Part shown: positions 11,545 through 24,282 of the stretch, one piece after another | Position numbering within the stretch: position 1 is the first letter of the stretch | Layout of the letters: each line of letters begins with the position of its first letter | Assembly: GCA_010356995.1 (NCBI GenBank) | Contig: ML996707.1 | Coordinates: forward strand, 310,001 to 374,000 | Length of the DNA: 64,000 nt | Reading direction: 5' to 3' | From: Trichodelitschia bisporula | Taxonomy: Eukaryota | Made by a program: the position numbers and the translations under genes | The notes under the pieces: generated by a model | Databases searched by the model: none | What the model was told of the DNA's origin: nothing | The model's input: only the letters and a program-made list of their open reading frames with translations

Positions 11545-12944
11545 TCAGAACGTGCTCCAATTCCAATCACTCGGCACACTCTTCGCCAACTCCGCCGTCT
11601 TCCCCAGCTGCCCCCCCACCGCCACTCCCTGCCCCACCACGGGACTCCGGATCATCATCTTCCCCGCCGTCGCCGCTCCATCAGCAACTAGTTCCGTACT
11701 CTGCCTCCTCAACCGTGCCACACGCACCTTCTCCCACGTCCTATAGTCCGAGAAACACGCCTCGCAAGCACGGAAACGCGATGCGCTGGGGTGGAACCGC
11801 GCTTCTTGGTCGAGCGGCACATAGTACTGGCTGTGCTCGCCGCAGAAAATTTGCCCGCAGCGGCGGCAGTGGTGGCGCCGAGAGAGGAAGGTGAAGGGCT
11901 TGGAGCAGGCGGGTGCGTCGCAGTTGGGGGAGGAGGCGTCGGGCTGAGATGGAGTTAGTACGAAATCGAAGGACGAGTATGAAGTGCAATGTGGAATTGA
12001 GCAGTGAAGTTAAGAGGAAGTAAAAGTTGATGTGAAACCGAGCAGCGAATCAGAGTCCGCCAAAACGTCATGAACGGTTTCCCCGCTGCCGCGTGCACGC
12101 GCGGGTTGGGGTTTCCAAGATGGGGCTAGGCGCTTTGCAGGCCGGGCCGGTGCATTCCGTGCCTAAGCGGGAGGGGCTCGCCCCCCCACGCCAGCCATGG
12201 GCGGGGAGCACGAGACCCGCGGGTGTCATAATAAACGCGAAATCGCGCGATTTTGTGCGATAGGATTGTCTCATGCCGTGAGTGTAACCCATGTAGCTGG
12301 CGGAGTATAAAGAGTACGGTGCGGCGTGCGGGGTTTATCTGAGTTTGGACGGAGTTTTCGCTTTTGGTGGGGTTTTTGATGCGCGGAGGATGGCAGCTTG
12401 CGATGGCGCGACCGGCGGTTGATGAGAGGGGGGGGAGGAGAAATGAGCGCGTAATACAAGAGGAACAGGAAAAGAAGTATCGTACACTAACGCAGCAGAT
12501 TTCACGCGGGGGATATCTCACCTTCCAATGATTCCTGCTCGGCGCGCCCGTAACCTTACACGGCCCCTCATCCTCATTCCACTCATCCGTCACAATGCGG
12601 CTCAAAAACGGCGCCAAATTATCCCCCGGGCGCAAGTCTTCGATACTCCGCCGCGCCTCGCCGCCTAGATGCCCGCTTGTTTTCGGTGGCGACTGGCGGA
12701 TGGGTTTTTCGGTTGGACGCAGCACGGCGGGGACGTACATTGGCGATTTGGGGGGGCGCAGTTGACAGGCGTGTTGGAGGTGGGGGGGGATGGCCCAGGT
12801 GGGGGAGGCGGGGGTTTGGGTTGATTCGGAGGAGCTGGGGGGGGTGTAGGCGGCTTGCGAGGTGTAGGGATGGGAGGAGGGGGGGGAGGGGAGGCGTGTG
12901 CTGCTGGGGGGGGAGGTGAAGGGGTTGGGGAGGGTGGTGGCCAT
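11545..12944 (-). CDS. FYVE zinc-finger protein; 2 exons with a 578-nt intron (11944-12521)
   Basis: Spliced product NHWK|PDASSPNCDAPACSKPFTFLSRRHHCRRCGQIFCGEHS...RACEACF shows the WxxD and R(R/K)HHCR FYVE signatures; ends WNWSTF. Donor GTGAGA, branch CTAAC, acceptor CAG. Confidence 0.88.
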
Positions 12945-15900
12945 TGTGGAGAGGTTGGCGGGCTGGATGGAGAGGGGGGACAGAGAGCGGAGGACTCGGC
13001 GCGCGAGTGACGATGTTGTGAGCTTCGATGCCGGACGGTTCGGAGGATGATGTCGTTGCTAAGTGTGGGTGGCGAAGTTCGTTGGGGAGGTGGAGGCGTT
13101 CGGAAGAGCGGGCTTGGTGTCGTAGTGTGGTTGCAGCGGGCGTTGGGTGGCAGTGGTAGTGGTATGTTTCGCTCGTTCGCAGCGCGGCTCAAGTAAGAGG
13201 GCTGAGGGGCGGGCGGCGACGCGGGTGGCGGGAGCGGGTTTGCAGCGAAACGGGCCGGAGAATATAGCGACGGTTATCAGTCTCTCAAAGCCGCCCAGCG
13301 GGCAACGAGGCGGTCTGCAGCACCCTGGCTCTTGCGGCGGGCTCCTTCTGTCGGGGGAGTGCTGGAAGGGTTGATGCGCGGAGCGCAATCAGTTGCCTTG
13401 TACTTGGTACGATTGGGCGGCCGGGTATCTGCGAGCGATTCGCAGTGATGGGGGGAGATAAAGATAAGCCGAGCCAGTTGGGGCGCGAGGAATGGTGATG
13501 GTTAAGCCCGGGCACGCGAGGTGGAAGCAGGATAGTGAGACTGCTGGCTGCGAAGCAGGGCGTACTGATGGGGGGGTGAGAAAAAGACAGTAGAATGAAG
13601 TGAGAAGTGAAAGATGGTTGGTTGATGGTTCACCGAGGGCGAGATGCCTGTTGGTTGAGAGAGTAGTGGAGGTGGTGGTTTGAAGGTGGTGAATGAATTC
13701 GGAGGAGAGGGGAGCGAGGGAGAGAAAAAGAAGCTGGTGAAAGGCGACGACGAAAAGGCTGGCGACGGAAACGCGGCTTCAACCGCTCGACCCAACGATA
13801 CAATAACCACACGACCGCGGCCATCCCTGTTCGCCATTTCTTGTGAGCCTGTGGGTCTGGCTTTTCGGGTGTCTGGCCGCTGTTTTCCATGGCCCATGGC
13901 GGAGCTAACAGTCATGGCTTTGCCTCCCGCGAACATCGCTCAAGGGCTATTACGGCAACAGCTCACGAGCCACAGGCCGCGATTGCGTTGGGACGAGGCC
14001 ATGAAGAGTGTGAGGGGCCTGGTAGCCGCCGATTCTTCTACGAAAGCAGCAGCGCGTGGACTAGTTCCAGTTTGAGAGGTCCCGCGGTTGGATTTATATC
14101 TCTCTAGCTTGCAGTTCTATCGCGTGCGCCTTTTGCGCTGCCGGTACCTCCACGCCCTCCACGCTCTCTTTCTCCCCGTCCGTCATTATGTACGGTTCTA
14201 CCACCGATTGCATACTGCAGAAGTACAGTGCGTACTCAAGAAAGATGACTGTTTCGACCTGTCATTCACCAGCAACACGCAGACAGACTCGCGCGCGCGG
14301 CAGCAACACTCAAAGACAAGCAAAGAGGTTGCTTGTTCCCTGCGAAGGAACCGCATTTGGTCCATCTTTCCTCGTGCAACCGGGGCGGGGAGAGATAAGC
14401 TTCTGCAAAATGATTCGACGAGACCGCACTGCCGCGCAGAGGGCCCGGGCAAGGGCATGGGGCGCCAGACGCCGCAGATTAGCGCGGCGGGGCTAACGAT
14501 GGAAAGGAACGACGAACGCCACGCCTTCAATTTCGGGACGGGCGCTGCGCCGACGCCCGCGTTTACTTCAGTCCTGACCCTGCACGCGAATCTCGCTCTT
14601 CCGACGACCGCAAACAGAACACACCCGGTTTCCCTGCAATCTTTCTCTCTCTTCCGTTCCACGTGTCCCGCGACTCACGATGCGAGGTACGAGGTTGCAA
14701 GCGCTCTTCAGCTTTCCCCAGATCTACTCGGCATTCCCACAGGATGCCTGTCCCAAGCGCCCTTGGTGACAGCTCCGCGGAGGGGTCACCTTAGCTCCAT
14801 GAGGACGTGCGGGTAGTGTCGGTGCCAAGGGCACAGGGCGCAAATTATATTGGGCCCATTTCGAAGCCCAGCCATGCATCCCTCACCTCGCAAACCCATC
14901 CTTGTGCAACGTGACCTGCGGGCCTGCAGTGCATGGATGCATCTCGACCGCGCCTGCACTGCGGCATGCAATATATCTCGGGGCGTGTGGTCGAGGTGGA
15001 CGTGACCTGCGGTTGATTGTTCCTGAAACATATCTTATATCTTGTGTGCGATCGTCGCTGGCTGGATTGTGACTATCGTGAAGGGACGCGTATTTTCCCA
15101 CGTTGTGGCGGATCGGCTCTCCTCATTTCTGGGCCCAGCGGGACTTGAACTTTGGATGAAGTGAAGGGATCCGTCACGCTCGTTACCACAGACGCAATGG
15201 TCAGTTGATCGCTGCATACTGGACCGGGGACGGTGAAGCGGTGAGCCCGGTGAGTGATGAGAATGTGGCTGGAAGGCATTCAACGTCAACCCTTACTCGG
15301 CAGCCTTCTGCAGACGAAGAGGTGTATCTTCCGGTGATGCGTCCTGATTGCCAGCACCAAGTCTTGCTACTGTCGTTGTTGAACAGCGACGGCGACTCAG
15401 TCGGTGATATTCCATCGGTGTATCCACAATGCTACCGTGCTGACGGAGGTACTCGCGAGCTGGATGATGCCATCTTGTCGATCTGACTGGTCGGCCGTCC
15501 ACCAGCCTCGCTCAGTAATCGGTCTTCCATTGGCAAACAGATGATCCGTAGATCGACTACTGGATAATCTGCTCTTGACGTTACGGTACAACCCCATCTC
15601 CCCTCGCCTGGCACTTGCCGAGCGACATCAATCCCAAACCAAATGCCATAACGATCGGCCCCGGGATCCACACTCTCCAGGCATCAACGCGAGCGGAACG
15701 GAAAGCGACTGGATACTACAGTATCGGAGGGCTACCCGGATACGAACAAGACACGCGCTCGGCTCGACGGAGAAGTGGCGAAGGAACGTCGCGCATCTAG
15801 CCCATCACAGGCACCGATTTGCCATCGCGGCTCGTCCTCCGCGGCACCAGTGTCCGCCACCGACCTCACTCACCCCGCTAACACGTTCATCCCACTCTCG

Positions 15901-16487
15901 CTCAGCCACTTACCTAACGGAGGCGGTGCGAATTGTGGCAACGCGGCGCGCCCCTCCTTGTGCCGGACGGAAAATGAATTGCCCATCGGACTGATCTCGG
16001 ATTCGCGTCGCGGCTTTCGCGGGCTGGGCGCGCACGGGGACACGCTAAACCTCACCCCCTCACCCCTCACCTTCCCCTCGACCCCTCCATCAGGAGGCCC
16101 GTGCCGAAGGTGTCCATGTGCTTACCCCAGATTGTCGGCGTCGGGCAACGCCTCGGCCCGTCCAGAACACGTGAAGTGTTTGAGACGACGAGCGGCGCGA
16201 GTCTCCGCTGCTCATGCCATTAAGGCCGCCTGTTATTGCGCACAGAATTGATTAAACGCTACACTTCAGCCCCCGTATATACAGCCTCAATCTTAGAACA
16301 CACGTACGAATCGGAGTGGCACCACCGGCTTCACTTCGGGCGCATGTGGTCAGTCTTAGCCTAAGACTTCGCGCTGAATGTTTGACTCGCGCCGTCGCTG
16401 CTGTCTCACCATTCCACATTCCCAATATACATAACCGCCCACCCGTCCAGCAGTTTCTGGCACCGAATCCGAATTCCAACCGTAGCC

Positions 16488-17357
16488 ATGATCAAATCCA
16501 GCCCCCTCCCCCCCGTCGGCCCGCTCGACCCGCTCTCCGAAGACAACTGGCGCACACTCCTCGCCTTCGCCGACGCCGTCATCCCATCCATCCGCCCAGC
16601 CAGCACATCGGGATCAACCAGCAACATCAAGGCCCTGCCCCAAGCCGAGTATGCTACCGTGCTGGCGGCAACGGAGGCCAATGCCGCGCCAGAGGGCAAG
16701 AGTATCGTCAAGCAGTTCCTGGAAGAGCGCCCGAGCGACAACCCCGCGTTCAAGGAGCAATTGTACCGCTGGCTTGCGCATTACACGCCGCCTGACCAGC
16801 GGAAACAGCTTGCGTTGGGGTTGGCGGCGCTGAAGTGAGTCGCCCGTCGCAGACACGTTCAAGCGCGTGGATACTAAAGCCCGCAGTTATCGCATCGGCG
16901 CCCTCCTGATGACGGGCTACACGACCCCCTTCGCCGACCAACCAATCCCCATCCGCGAGTCGATAATCAAATCCTGGTCCACAGCGCGCCTCCCCGTCTA
17001 CAGGCTGCTCTTCAAGCAACTCACCCTCCTCTGCAAGCAGAACTGGATCTTCACGTCCCCTTCCATAGGCCCCGTTCTCGGTTTTCCGCGTACACCGCTG
17101 CACGGCGAGCCAGCCCCCGGGTTCGACCACTCGTTCGTGCAAATCCCGCCTGGCGAGGGGGAAGAGGTCCTCGAAGCCGACGTCGTGATCGTAGGCTCTG
17201 GGTGCGGTGGCGCGGTGTGCGCTAAGAACCTGTCTGAGGCGGGGTATAAGGTGCTAGTCGTGGACAAGGCGTACCACTGGCCCGCGGAACATTTTCCGAT
17301 GACCCAGGTCGAGGGCTTCTCGCAGCTGTTCATGAGCGGCGGGGCCATTCTCTGTAC

Positions 17358-17396
<39 letters not shown>

Positions 17397-18820
17397 CTAA
17401 CACCCTCCTAGCCGACGACGGAACCTCCGCGGTCGTAGCAGGGCAGGCCTGGGGCGGCGGCGGCACGGTAAACTGGTCCGCCTCGCTGCAAACACAAGGG
17501 TTCGTAAGGCAGGAGTGGGCGGACGCCGGGTTGCCCTTCTTTACGTCGGCGGAGTATCAAGCGTGCATGGATCGGGTGTGTGCGAGGATGGGCGTGTCGG
17601 CCTCCGCGATCGAGCACAACAAATCCAACGCTGTGCTCCTCGAGGGTGCGCGCAAACTAGGCTGGGCGGCGGGGGCGGTGCCGCAGAACACGAATGGCAA
17701 GAAGCATTACTGTGGGTATTGCTCTCTGGGGTGTGGGGCGGGGGAGAAGCAGGGGCCGGTTGTGAGTTGGTTGCCGGATGCTGCTGGGAAGGGGGCGGTG
17801 TTTGTGGAGGGGTATGAGGTGGATAAAATCCTCTTCGAAACCAGGGGCGGGAAAAAGACGGCCGTTGGTGTGACGGGGTCGTGGACGAGCCGCGATTCGA
17901 ACAACGGCGTCGCGGGGGCGGACCGATATACCCGCAAACTCACCATCCGCGCCAAACGCGTCATCGCCTCAGCAGGGAGCATGTCCACGCCCCTCCTCCT
18001 CCACCGCTCCGGTCTCCGCAACCCACACATCGGCCGCAACCTCATGCTCCACCCCGTAACCTTCCTCGGCGCCTCCTACCCCTCCCCCATCCACCCCTGG
18101 GAAGGCCCCATCCTCACCGCCGTCGTCAGTAGTTTCGAAAACCTAGACGGTCACGGGCATGGCGCCAAACTCGAGGCCGTGAGCATGATGCCCTCTGGCT
18201 GGCTCGCTTTTCAACCCTGGGCTGGGGGGGCCGAGTATAAAGAAGATGTTCTGAGGATGAGGCGCAGTGTGGGCCAGTTTGCGATTGCGCGGGACGAGGG
18301 CCCGGGGGGGCGGGTGTATGCGGATCCGGTGGATGGGCGGACGCGGTTCACGTATGTGCCGAGTAAGGCGGATAGGAGGCATTTGCTTGAAGGCATCGTC
18401 GGGCTCGCGAAGATTAATTACGTGGCTGGGGCGACCGAGATGTGGGTCACCGTTCCCGGGGTCTCGCGCTTCGTGCGCGGCGAGCCGAAGGCGAGCGATA
18501 TCGATCAAGGCATCAACGACCCCGCCTTCCAAACCTGGCTCCAGGAAGTGCGCGCACGCGGGCTGCCGGACCCCGACACGCTGTTCATGTCAGCGCATCA
18601 GATGGGGTCTTGTCGCATGGGGGCGAGTCCGAAACAGGGGGCTGTGGATGCGAAGGGGAAGAGTTGGGAGGCGGAGGGGCTGTATGTTGCGGATGCGAGT
18701 GTGTTCCCCAGTGCGAGTGGGGTTAATCCGATGGTTACGAATATGGCTATTGCGGATTGGATTTCGGGGGGCGTGGGGAGGGGATTGGCGGCTGGTGGGG
18801 CAGGGGAGGCGAGGCTTTGA
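16488..18820 (+). CDS. Long-chain fatty alcohol oxidase (GMC oxidoreductase); introns 16835-16886 and 17354-17411; C-terminal ARL (PTS1-like)
   Basis: FAD motif DVVIVGSGCGGAV; AGQAWGGGGTVNWSASL; HYCGYCSLGC; SAHQMGSCRMG; DASVFPSASGVNPMVT. Confidence 0.92.
17359..17393 (+). repeat. Poly-C tract (35 nt) inside intron 2 of the alcohol oxidase gene
   Basis: Direct read; lies between donor GTACAC and branch CTAAC. Confidence 0.9.
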
Positions 18821-19387
18821 CTGGACGGTGGTGGGGATGGTGGATGGGGGGGTTGGGATTGGATTGAGGGGTTTGTGGGTGGGTGAACTGGTGATATATT
18901 GGATCTGGATGTGTTTATATGTTGGATCTGGGAATTGTGCGATGTAAGTACTGTAGCGATGGGTATTCTTTCTGTCAATTGGTTACTGTCAAATATGGGA
19001 ACGGTTCTTATGGGTCTTCGCTCAGACAAAAGCCTCTCAGCACAGCACGTCATATTCTGCGAAATGGCACTTCCTCAGCAACAGCATCTGTAGATAATCG
19101 GCTTCGATGCCCAGTCCCCGGCTCCCGTGCATCGGCCGGCAGCGCTAGCGTAGCGGACAAGTTGCCGCATTCGCCAGCCTCGGCAAACCCCCGCAACGCA
19201 CCCCAGCCCGGGGAGACCAGCGCGCATCCTCGGGCATGGGGTTTGCAGCGTTATTGCGACACTCTGTTCCCAACATCCATATCTACTCGCACACCTCTCA
19301 AAAGGCAGTTCAAATCCCTTCTCCACATCCGTAATCCCATCTCCCATCTCCCATCCCACCGCCCAACCTCCCCCCAAAACCGCCACA

Positions 19388-20292
19388 ATGTCCGAAGCCA
19401 AAGAACAAGCAACCCTCAAAGACTTCCCGAGCATTTTCCGCCTCGACGGCAAAGTCGCCGTTGTAACCGGCGGGTCGCGCGGCCTGGGACTGCACGCCGC
19501 ATCGGGGCTGCTCCAATCCGGCGCCGCCAAAGTCTTCATCACATCCCGCAAAGCGAAGGCCTGCGAAGAAGCCTGCGCGGCCCTCAATGCGCTCCCCAAC
19601 CGCGCTCCGGGCGCAATCGCAATTCCCATTGCCGCGGACAGCAGCAAAGTCTCCGAGATCGAGCGGTTGGTGGCCGAGGTGAAGAAGCACACCGACCACG
19701 TGGATATTCTGCTCGCCAACGCGGGCGCGACGTGGGGCGAGGGGTTTGATACCCATCCGGATCATGCGATTGCCAAAATCCTGGACTTGAACGTGCGGGC
19801 TGTGTTTAATACGATCCAGAAGTATGCCCCCCCGCTGCCCCCGCTTTGCTCGGACAAGGCTGACGAACCAGGTTTGCGCCGCTACTGCAAGCAAAGGCCA
19901 CACTGGAAGATCCCTCGCGCGTCATCGTCACCGGCTCCGTGGCCGGCATCGCCATCGGCTCGGTCAACAACCCAAACGCAACCTACGGGTACAGCGCAAG
20001 CAAAGCCGCAGTCCTGCACCTAACCCGCAATCTGGCTGTCGAGCTGGGCCCGCGCGGCATCCTGGTCAATGCCATTGCGCCCGGTTTCTTCCCTAGCAAG
20101 ATGGCGTCGGGTCTCATTGGGCTGAATGGCGGCGAGCAGAAGCTTGCGGATACGAATCCGAACAAGCGGCTTGGACGGCCGGAGGATATTGCGGGTGTGG
20201 TTGTGTTTTTGTGCTCCCGTGCTGCGAACCACGTTAACGGTGATACGGTCGTTATTGATGGCGGGAAGATGCTGGGGAGTGGGAAGCTGTGA
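19388..20292 (+). CDS. Classical short-chain dehydrogenase/reductase; intron 19822-19871; ends GKL
   Basis: TGGSRGLG cofactor motif, ANAG, YSASK catalytic motif, VNAIAPG, IDGG. Confidence 0.92.
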
Positions 20293-20512
20293 GGGAGAAG
20301 TGAAAGGGAGATGGTGTGAACGAAAATGCGGCGGGAAGGCGTGTACATAGGCGGATTGATTTTGGCATAAATACTCATAGACTCCAACAGTAAAGCTGAT
20401 ACCATCACACAAGCGCGGGAAGCAGACGGCTCAACGTCTGGTGCCTAGTGATAGGAGCAAGGCTCATTCCGTGCAAAGGCAACCGTAAAACTGAAGATTG
20501 AAGTTGAAAGAC

Positions 20513-20548
20513 GAAGAGAGGAAGAGAGGAAGAGAGGAAGAGAGGAAG
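20513..20548. repeat. (GAAGAGAG)4 tandem repeat
   Basis: Direct read. Confidence 0.85.
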
Positions 20549-20679
20549 TATCCTCCGTTGGTCCTTCCTTCTATCATACACTGATTACATCATGTTCCTT
20601 CCCAAGAGGAGCAATGCTTCTTCTATGTCCACGTCACGACTAGTGCCTAGTGGGGGGGTCTGGGTGCACTCTGAGGTGA

Positions 20680-21035
20680 TTCCTCTCACTCTGATCATTC
20701 TTCTCTCTCTCTGATGGTTCCTCTCTCTTTGATGGTTCTCTCTCTCTCTCTCTGATGTATCGCTCTCTCTCTGATGTATATATATCTCTCTCTGATTTAT
20801 CGCTCTCTCTCTGATGTATATATATATCTCTCTCTGATGTATCGCTCTCTCTCTGATGTATCGCTCTCTCTCTGATGTATCGCTCTCTCTCTGATGTATA
20901 TATCTCTCTCTGATGTATCTCTCTCTCTGATGGTATATCTCTCCGTCTCTGGTGGTATCTCTCTCTCTGATGGTATATCTCTCCGTCTCAGGTGGTATCG
21001 CTCTCTTTGTCATGGTTTTTCTCTCTCTCTGATAA
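20680..21035. repeat. Compound mini/microsatellite, unit ~ (CT)n-GATGTATCG / GATGTATATAT
   Basis: More than a dozen copies of CTCTCTCTGATG followed by variable TATCG/TATAT/GTTC. Confidence 0.9.
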
Positions 21036-21853
21036 ATACACCCTCCGATGGCTCCCTCTATCTCTGGTGGTTCCTCCCTGACGATGATTCTGCGCTGATG
21101 ATGCCACGTTGAGGATGATGCCTCCGAGATTATGCCTGTGAGACATCTGAGTTGTTCCCAAACCAAACGGACGAATTTCACCTGAAATAGGTTCTCGGTG
21201 GTCCACCCAAGAGTACCGGCTCCTAACTCCAACCCAGCAACGCCGTCAAGCGGAAATGGCCCACAAAGCCTCTGACGATGTCTCCAAGGAAGGCTTTGTT
21301 AGGGAGTAGGAGCGGTGGCGCCGTACTTAACCACATGCGATGTTTACCAAATATCCACCGGTACGCCTGCCACAGTCGTCCTGTCCTTTCCCCGGGCATG
21401 ATGATCCTCTTTCTGATTGCTGAGGAATGCCATCCCTGGAGTAAGGATACTCCTTCCAACGGTAAGAAATACCTCCCTTAGGGCGTGTCAGTTCCCGAAT
21501 TTGGGATATCGTAAGAAAAGATACGCCATTCCGAACTGCTCTTGAGCAGCAGGGACATGGAGAAAGGCACCATTGCGGAGGTGAAGCAGGGAAAGGAAGC
21601 AATGCATGAGGGAACCGAGGAGCGGAAAGCCATTCTTTGCACAGTTACGAGGCTACATCATCCATGACGCAATTGCGTCTCCGAGCCACCATCTGGAATG
21701 AGGTCGCGGGGCACCATGACGTGCAGTGGCAGTCGTCAGAACAGAGCCCGACATGTCAAGCATCCACCCCACCAAACGCGCAATCACCTGACATCCCCTC
21801 CAACCTCAAAGGAGGGGTACGGTAGCTACCCCACCATGAAAAGCAAGAGAAAC

Positions 21854-23553
21854 ATGGTCCACGAAATCGTAACCCTCCAATTTGGCCCGCAGAGCAATTA
21901 TCTCGGGACACACTTCTGGAATGCGCAGGTAGAACCTCCTGACCCTCCTCACGAACATCTGGACTCCAGCTGAAGCATCTCCGCAGGAATCCTACTTCAC
22001 CTACGGCGACGAAGACCAATCCGTCATTGACCATGACATCCACTTCCGAGTACGCTCTGTCCCTTCCCCTTCCCCTTCCCCGTCCTCGAGACTGATACAG
22101 ACCGCAGCCCGGCCTCGCCCCCGACAACACAGAAACATTCACCCCCCGCGCCCTTCTCTACGACCTCCGCGATTGCTTCGGTACCCTGCGGCACGCAACC
22201 GCGCTCTACGACCTACAAGCCGAAAACGCAGACGACCCAGCCAACGCCCTCTGGAACCGTCCCGCCCTAACAACCCGCCTCCCCCCCATCCCCCCGCACA
22301 CCTACCAAACCGCCCTCAGCGCCGGTCTCCCCCCACCCCCCATCGACCCCTCCTCCCTACGCTACTGGTCGGACTTCAACCGCGTCTTCTACCACCCCCG
22401 CAGCCTCATCCCCCTCACTCCACCCGCCGCGCAACTCGCGCCCTTCGCCGACGGCGCGCTCTCCCCTTTCGAGCGCTGGGATGTCGGCGAGGACGTCTTT
22501 GCGGCCGAAGACGGCGAACACGATCTCCTCGACCGGGACTTACGGCCATTCGTCGAAGAATGCGATCAAGTACAGGGATTTAGTGTCATGACGGGGGCGG
22601 ACGATGCCTGGGCCGCGTTTGCTGCGAAGTACGTCGAGCGGATACGGGATGAGTACGGGCGGAAGGCGGTGTGGGTGTGGGGCGTGCAGGGCCCTCGTGG
22701 GGAATCGCGGGTTCGTCCCCCCTACTATCCTAAAGAAGCACGAACCTGACACAGGCAGGAACAAGCAAACAACCGCCTCACGAACAGCGCGCGCGCGCTC
22801 GACGCCTTCGCCACGCATGCCACGCTCTACATGCCTTTGCGCAACGACGCCGTGACGAGCCCGGCGTACCTCGCCGTTGACCCGGCGTCGAGATGGCATA
22901 CTGCGGCGCTGCAGGCTGCGGCTATGGAGACGGCGACGCTACCCTCGAGGCTAAGGCGCGGGGGTGACTCGCTGTATAACAGTTTGCAGGACATGGCGGA
23001 TGTGTTTACGGCTGATGCGAAGCGGAATGTGGTGCAAGTGAGTCTGAGGGCGCGGGATCCGAGCGTGAAAAGATTAGTCAACGGCACGGGCGGCGTCCAT
23101 GATGTAAAGATGGGCGGCGTGGATGACGAGGACCACGAGCGGGAACCCGCGGAGCTGGATATCAGTCTTTTCTCCACTGCGCCCAGGCCGCGTGCGAACC
23201 ACGTGTTTGCGCGGGTAGATGTGCGGCGGCGGCAGGGCAAGGGAGGAGAGAGCGACGACGAGGAAGAGAACACAAGACAGGCGCAAAGGGTTGTCACGAA
23301 GCTCAACGTGCCGCTCGGGCTGCCGATTCTGAGCAGCTTCCCTCGCATCTTCGACTTCACGGGAGACAGCATCGACGTGCACACAGGTCTAGGTACCGGT
23401 AGCGGCGTTGCAGATCGGGTGCGCTACGAGGCCGAGGTGGTGCAGCGGAGTCGCATGATTCCAGACCGCGAGGGATTGCGGGCGGACCTGTTGGCACGGG
23501 CGGAGGAGTATGTTGAGGGGTGGGAGTGGAGCGAGAGCGAGGAGGATGATTAG
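21854..23553 (+). CDS. DML1: Misato/DML1 tubulin-like protein; 3 introns (21929-21986, 22050-22107, ~22712-22757)
   Basis: MVHEIVTLQFGPQSNYLGTHFWNAQ|ESYFTY; TFTPRALLYDL; RYWSDFNRVFYHPRS; LLDRDLRPFVEECDQVQG; WHTAALQAAAMETATLPSRLR. Confidence 0.9.
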
Positions 23554-23817
23554 CGTCACGGGACGTGGTTGACGATGCTCTGGAAGAGCTGAGAGGTGGG
23601 CTTCATTGCTGCTAGACGATGCTGGTAGCTTTTGTGCCCCGATTTAGCATCGCTTCGTGTCTGCTCGTCTTCTGCCTGACCTCACCTTGCCAGCTCCTGC
23701 CTTGATATCAATACGGTGGCCAACTAAGTGCGAGTGTCTAGCCTGATTCTGAGGCTGTTCTGCACATGTGTAGCCGACCTGCTGTATTCTCGAGTTGTCG
23801 CTCCTGTCCTCCCCGCT

Positions 23818-24282
23818 CTACTCCGCGTCGATAAACGGATTGGCAATCTCCTCGCTCCCATCCAGCGGCGATATAAGCGTCAAAAGCGTCCCCCTCGCAA
23901 CAATCAACCCAAGCGAGCGCGAACTCTCCTCGCCCTCCTCATCTGCCAGTCATCAGCCCCACCTCCCAAAATCACACCAAACCCACTCACCCCTCATAGT
24001 CTCCTTCACCTCATCCAGCACCAAATTCATCAACTGATCAAAACCCTTAAGCGTGCCCACAACCTCGCGCCCGCCGTTGAACTTGACGCGGATCTGCTTG
24101 TCCATAAACCGGCTCAGGTCGAGGATATTCTCCTTCTTGGGCCGCTCGCGCTCGCCGTGGTCGTCGCCGTGGCCGCCGCGTGGAGCTCCGCGGTTGCCGC
24201 CGCGGTTGCCGCCTCTACCGCTGCCCCGGTCGGAGCGCCCGCCGCGGTTGAACCCGCCGCGGATGGTGGCGCGGTCGGACAT
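23818..24282 (-). CDS. LSM7: U6 snRNA-associated Sm-like protein Lsm7; intron 23943-23990
   Basis: RG-rich N-terminus, then ERPKKENILDLSRFMDKQIRVKFNGGREVVGTLKGFDQLMNLVLDEV...RSLGLIVARGTLLTLISPLDGSEEIANPF. Confidence 0.95.

Noticed and set aside
12060..12300. TPP riboswitch or snoRNA in the FYVE intron
   Set aside because: Lacks the CUGAGA and UGAU..AAU..CAGCG TPP core and canonical C/D boxes.
13000..16400. ORFs in the FYVE-alcohol oxidase intergenic region (e.g. 14088-14816)
   Set aside because: No recognisable motifs, non-ATG starts, no coding-like composition; probably divergent promoter or UTR sequence.
17354..17400. Poly-proline C-terminus of ORF 16867-17400
   Set aside because: The poly-C lies inside an intron; splicing restores the LSDDG..AG..WGGG GMC motif.
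20585..21232. 215-aa ERYIRER-repeat ORF
   Set aside because: Translation of a microsatellite; non-ATG start; no coding evidence.
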